42,195 nt of DNA from Eledone cirrhosa (taxonomy: Eukaryota): positions 1-42,195 of the forward strand of contig CAXHJY010001165.1 of NCBI GenBank assembly GCA_964016885.1. Reading direction: 5' to 3'. A program made the position numbers and the translations under genes. Shown here in pieces: positions 39,701 through 42,195 of this stretch (position 1 is the first letter of the stretch; every line of letters begins with the position of its first letter). Below the pieces are notes generated by a model. The model was not told where the DNA came from. It worked only from the letters and a program-made list of their open reading frames with translations, and ran no database searches.

Positions 39701-42195
39701 GAGTAGTGGGTAGCAGTGATGATGAGTGGAGTAGTGTGTAGCAATGGTGATGAGTGGAATAGTGGGTAGCACTGGGGATGAGTGGAGTCGTGGGTAGCAC
39801 TGGTGATGAGTGGAGTAGTGAGTAGCACTGGTGATGAGTGGAGTAGTGGGTAGCAGTGGTGATGAGTGGAGTAGTGGGTTGCAGTGATGATGAGTGGAGT
39901 AGTGGGTAGCACTGGGGATGAGTGGAGTGGTGGGTAGCACTGATGATGAGTGGAGTAGTGGGTAGCACTGGTGATGAGTGGAGTAATGGGTTGCACTAGG
40001 GATGAGTGGAGTAGTGGGTAGCATTGATGATGAGTGGAGTAGTGGGTAGCAGTGATGATGAGTGGAGTAGTGGGTTGCAGTGGTGATGAGTGGAGTAGTG
40101 GGTAGCAGTGGTGATGAGTGGAGTAGTGGGTAGCACTGGTGATGAGTGGAGTAGTGGGTAGCACTGGTGATGAGTGGAGTAGTGGGTTGCAGTGGTGATG
40201 AGTGGAGTAGTGGGTAGCAGTGGTGATGAGTGGAGTAGTGGGTAGCACTGGTGATTAGTGGAGTAGTGGGTAGCAGTGGTGATGGGTGGAAGGGTGGGTA
40301 GCACTGGGGTTGAGTGGAGTAGTGTGTAGCAATGGTGATGAGTGGAGTAGTGTGTAGCACTGGTGATGAGTGGAGTAGTGGGTAGCAGTGATGATGAGTG
40401 GAGTAGTGTGTAGCAATGGTGATGAGTGGAGTAGTGGGTAGCACTGGGGATGAGTGGAGTCGTGGGTAGCACTGGTGATGAGTGGAGTAGTGAGTAGCAC
40501 TGGTGATGAGTGGAGTAGTGGGTAGCAGTGGTGATGAGTGGAGTAGTGGGTTGCAGTGATGATGAGTGGAGTAGTGGGTAGCACTGGGGATGAGTGGAGT
40601 GGTGGGTAGCACTGATGATGAGTGGAGTAGTGGGTAGCACTGGTGATGAGTGGAGTAATGGGTTGCACTAGGGATGAGTGGAGTAGTGGGTAGCATTGAT
40701 GATGAGTGGAGTAGTGGGTAGCAGTGATGATGAGTGGAGTAGTGGGTTGCAGTGGTGATGAGTGGAGTAGTGGGTAGCAGTGGTGATGAGTGGAGTAGTG
40801 GGTAGCACTGGTGATGAGTGGAGTAGTGGGTAGCACTGGTGATGAGTGGAGTAGTGGGTTGCAGTGGTGATGAGTGGAGTAGTGGGTAGCAGTGGTGATG
40901 AGTGGAGTAGTGGGTAGCACTGGTGATGAGTGGAGTAGTGGGTAGCAGTGGTGATGGGTGGAGTAGTGGGTTGCAGTGGTGATGAGTGGAGTAGTGGGTA
41001 GCAGTGGTGATGAGTGGAGTAGTGGGTAGCACTGGTGATGAGTGGAGTAGTGGGTAGCAGTGATGATGAGTGGAGTAGTGTGTAGCACTGGTGATGAGTG
41101 GAGTAGTGGGTAGCACTGGTGATGAGTGGAGTAGTGGGTTGCACTGGTGATGAGTGGAATAGTGGGTAGCACTGGGGTTGAGTGGAGTAGTGGGTAGCAC
41201 TGGTGATGAGTGGAGTAGTGGGTAGCACTGGTGATGAGTGGAGTAGTGGGTAGCACTGGTGATGGGTGGAGTAGTGGGTATCAGTGATGATGAGTGGAGT
41301 AGTGGGTATCAGTGATGATGAGTGGAGTAGTGGGTAGCACTGGGAATGAGTGGAGTAGTGGGTAGCACTGGTGATGGGTGGAGTATTGGGTAGCACTGGG
41401 GATGAGTGGAGTAGTGGGTAGCACTGATGATGAGTGGAGTTGTGGGTAGCACTGATGATGACTGGAGTAGTGGGTAGCAGTGGTGATGAGTAGAGTAGTG
41501 GGTGGCAGTGGTGATGAGTGGAGTAGTGGGTATCAGTGATGATGAGTGGAGTAGTGGGTAGCACTGGGAATGAGTGGAGTAGTGGGTAGCACTGTTGATG
41601 TGGAGTAGTGGGTAGCACTGGTGATGAGTGGAGTAGTGGGTAGCACTGGTGATGAGTAGAGTAGTGGGTGGCAGTGGTGATGAGTGGAGTAGTGGGTATC
41701 AGTGATGATGAGTGGAGTAGTGGGTAGCACTGGGAATGAGTGGAGTAGTGGGTAGCACTGGTGATGGGTGGAGTATTGGGTAGCAGTGGTGATGGGTGGA
41801 GTATTGGGTAGCACTGGGGATGCGTGGAGTTGTGGGTAGCACTGGTGATGAGTGGAGTAGTGGGTAGCACTGGGAATGAGTGGAGTAGTGGGTAGCACTG
41901 TTGATGTGGAGTAGTGGGTAGCAGTGGTGATGAGTGGAGTAGTGGGTAGCACTGGGAATGAGTGGAGTAGTGGGTAGCACTGTTGATGTGGAGTAGTGGG
42001 TAGCAGTGGTGATGAGTGGAGTAGTGGGTAGCAGTGGTGATGAGTGGAGTAGTGGGTTGCAGTGGTGATGAGTGGAGTAGTGGGTAGCACTGGTGATGAG
42101 TGGAGTAGTGGGTAGCACTGGTGATGAGTTGAGTAGTGGGTAGCAGTGGTGATGAGTGGAGTAGTGTGTAGCACTGGTGATGAGTGGAGTAGTGG
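36693..42195 (+). repeat. 28-bp G-rich tandem satellite array, consensus GATGAGTGGAGTAGTGGGTAGCA(C/G)TGGT, ~195 monomers, ~54% GC, truncated at the right window edge
   Basis: Direct repetition. Minus-strand ORFs have a 28-aa period (VLPTTPLITSATHYSTHHQCYPLLHSSP = 3 x 28 nt). The consensus has 13 G versus 2 C on the + strand. Confidence 0.98.
39622..40965 (+). repeat. Tandem duplication of a 672-bp (24 x 28) block within the 28-bp array
   Basis: Rare variants recur at +672: GAGTAATGGGTTGCACTAGGG (39981/40653) and AGTGGAGTCGTGGG (39781/40453). Only a few mismatches were seen between the copies. Confidence 0.88.

Noticed and set aside
36464-42174. Mucin-like or histidine-rich protein gene on the minus strand
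   Set aside because: The 28-bp period is not a multiple of 3, all frames give the same peptide, 26/27-bp monomers shift frame freely, and there is no signal peptide or unique terminus.
1-42195. CRISPR array (21-28 bp repeats with a dyad core)
   Set aside because: Monomers are directly adjacent with no unique spacers, and there is no leader or cas gene.
36693-42195. Canonical telomerase-made telomere tract
   Set aside because: There is no TTAGGG/TTAGG-type unit. Monomers are heterogeneous and show block duplications typical of recombination-driven satellites.
1-42195. Transposon insertion, inversion or unique island hidden within the arrays
   Set aside because: Reading through, I found no non-repeat segment or strand switch. 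The only discontinuity is the 21/28 junction.
1-42195. Common 7-bp ancestral subunit (21 = 3 x 7, 28 = 4 x 7)
   Set aside because: Neither monomer splits into convincing similar 7-mers. The 28-mer linker instead shows short (G)AGT/GAGTG reiterations.

Overview
The whole window is non-coding tandem satellite/minisatellite DNA. I can support no gene, RNA gene, transposon or CRISPR array. It holds two abutting head-to-tail arrays in the same orientation. Array 1 (1-~36,690) is about 1,750 copies of an AT-rich 21-bp monomer, AGTGATAGTTTATTTAG(C/T)ACC. Array 2 (~36,690-42,195) is about 195 copies of a strongly G-skewed 28-bp monomer, GATGAGTGGAGTAGTGGGTAGCA(C/G)TGGT. Both arrays run off the window edges. 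The supplied ORFs are translations of these monomers. The main points of interest are structural. The two monomers share a 13-bp quasi-palindromic core, TAGCACYRGTGAT, and join in register at that core with no spacer. Their central dinucleotides (CA versus TG) are the two opposite-strand deamination products of a CG variant still present in array 1. Array 1 is also divided into variant domains and nested kb-scale duplications (1,681 bp, 3,675 bp, ~1.3-1.5 kb, ~2.8 kb, and a ~13-kb offset), and array 2 has a 672-bp (24-monomer) higher-order duplication. The organisation suggests eukaryotic heterochromatic or subtelomeric DNA, but organism and location cannot be determined from the sequence. Coordinates and offsets were read by eye and from the ORF track, so boundaries are approximate.
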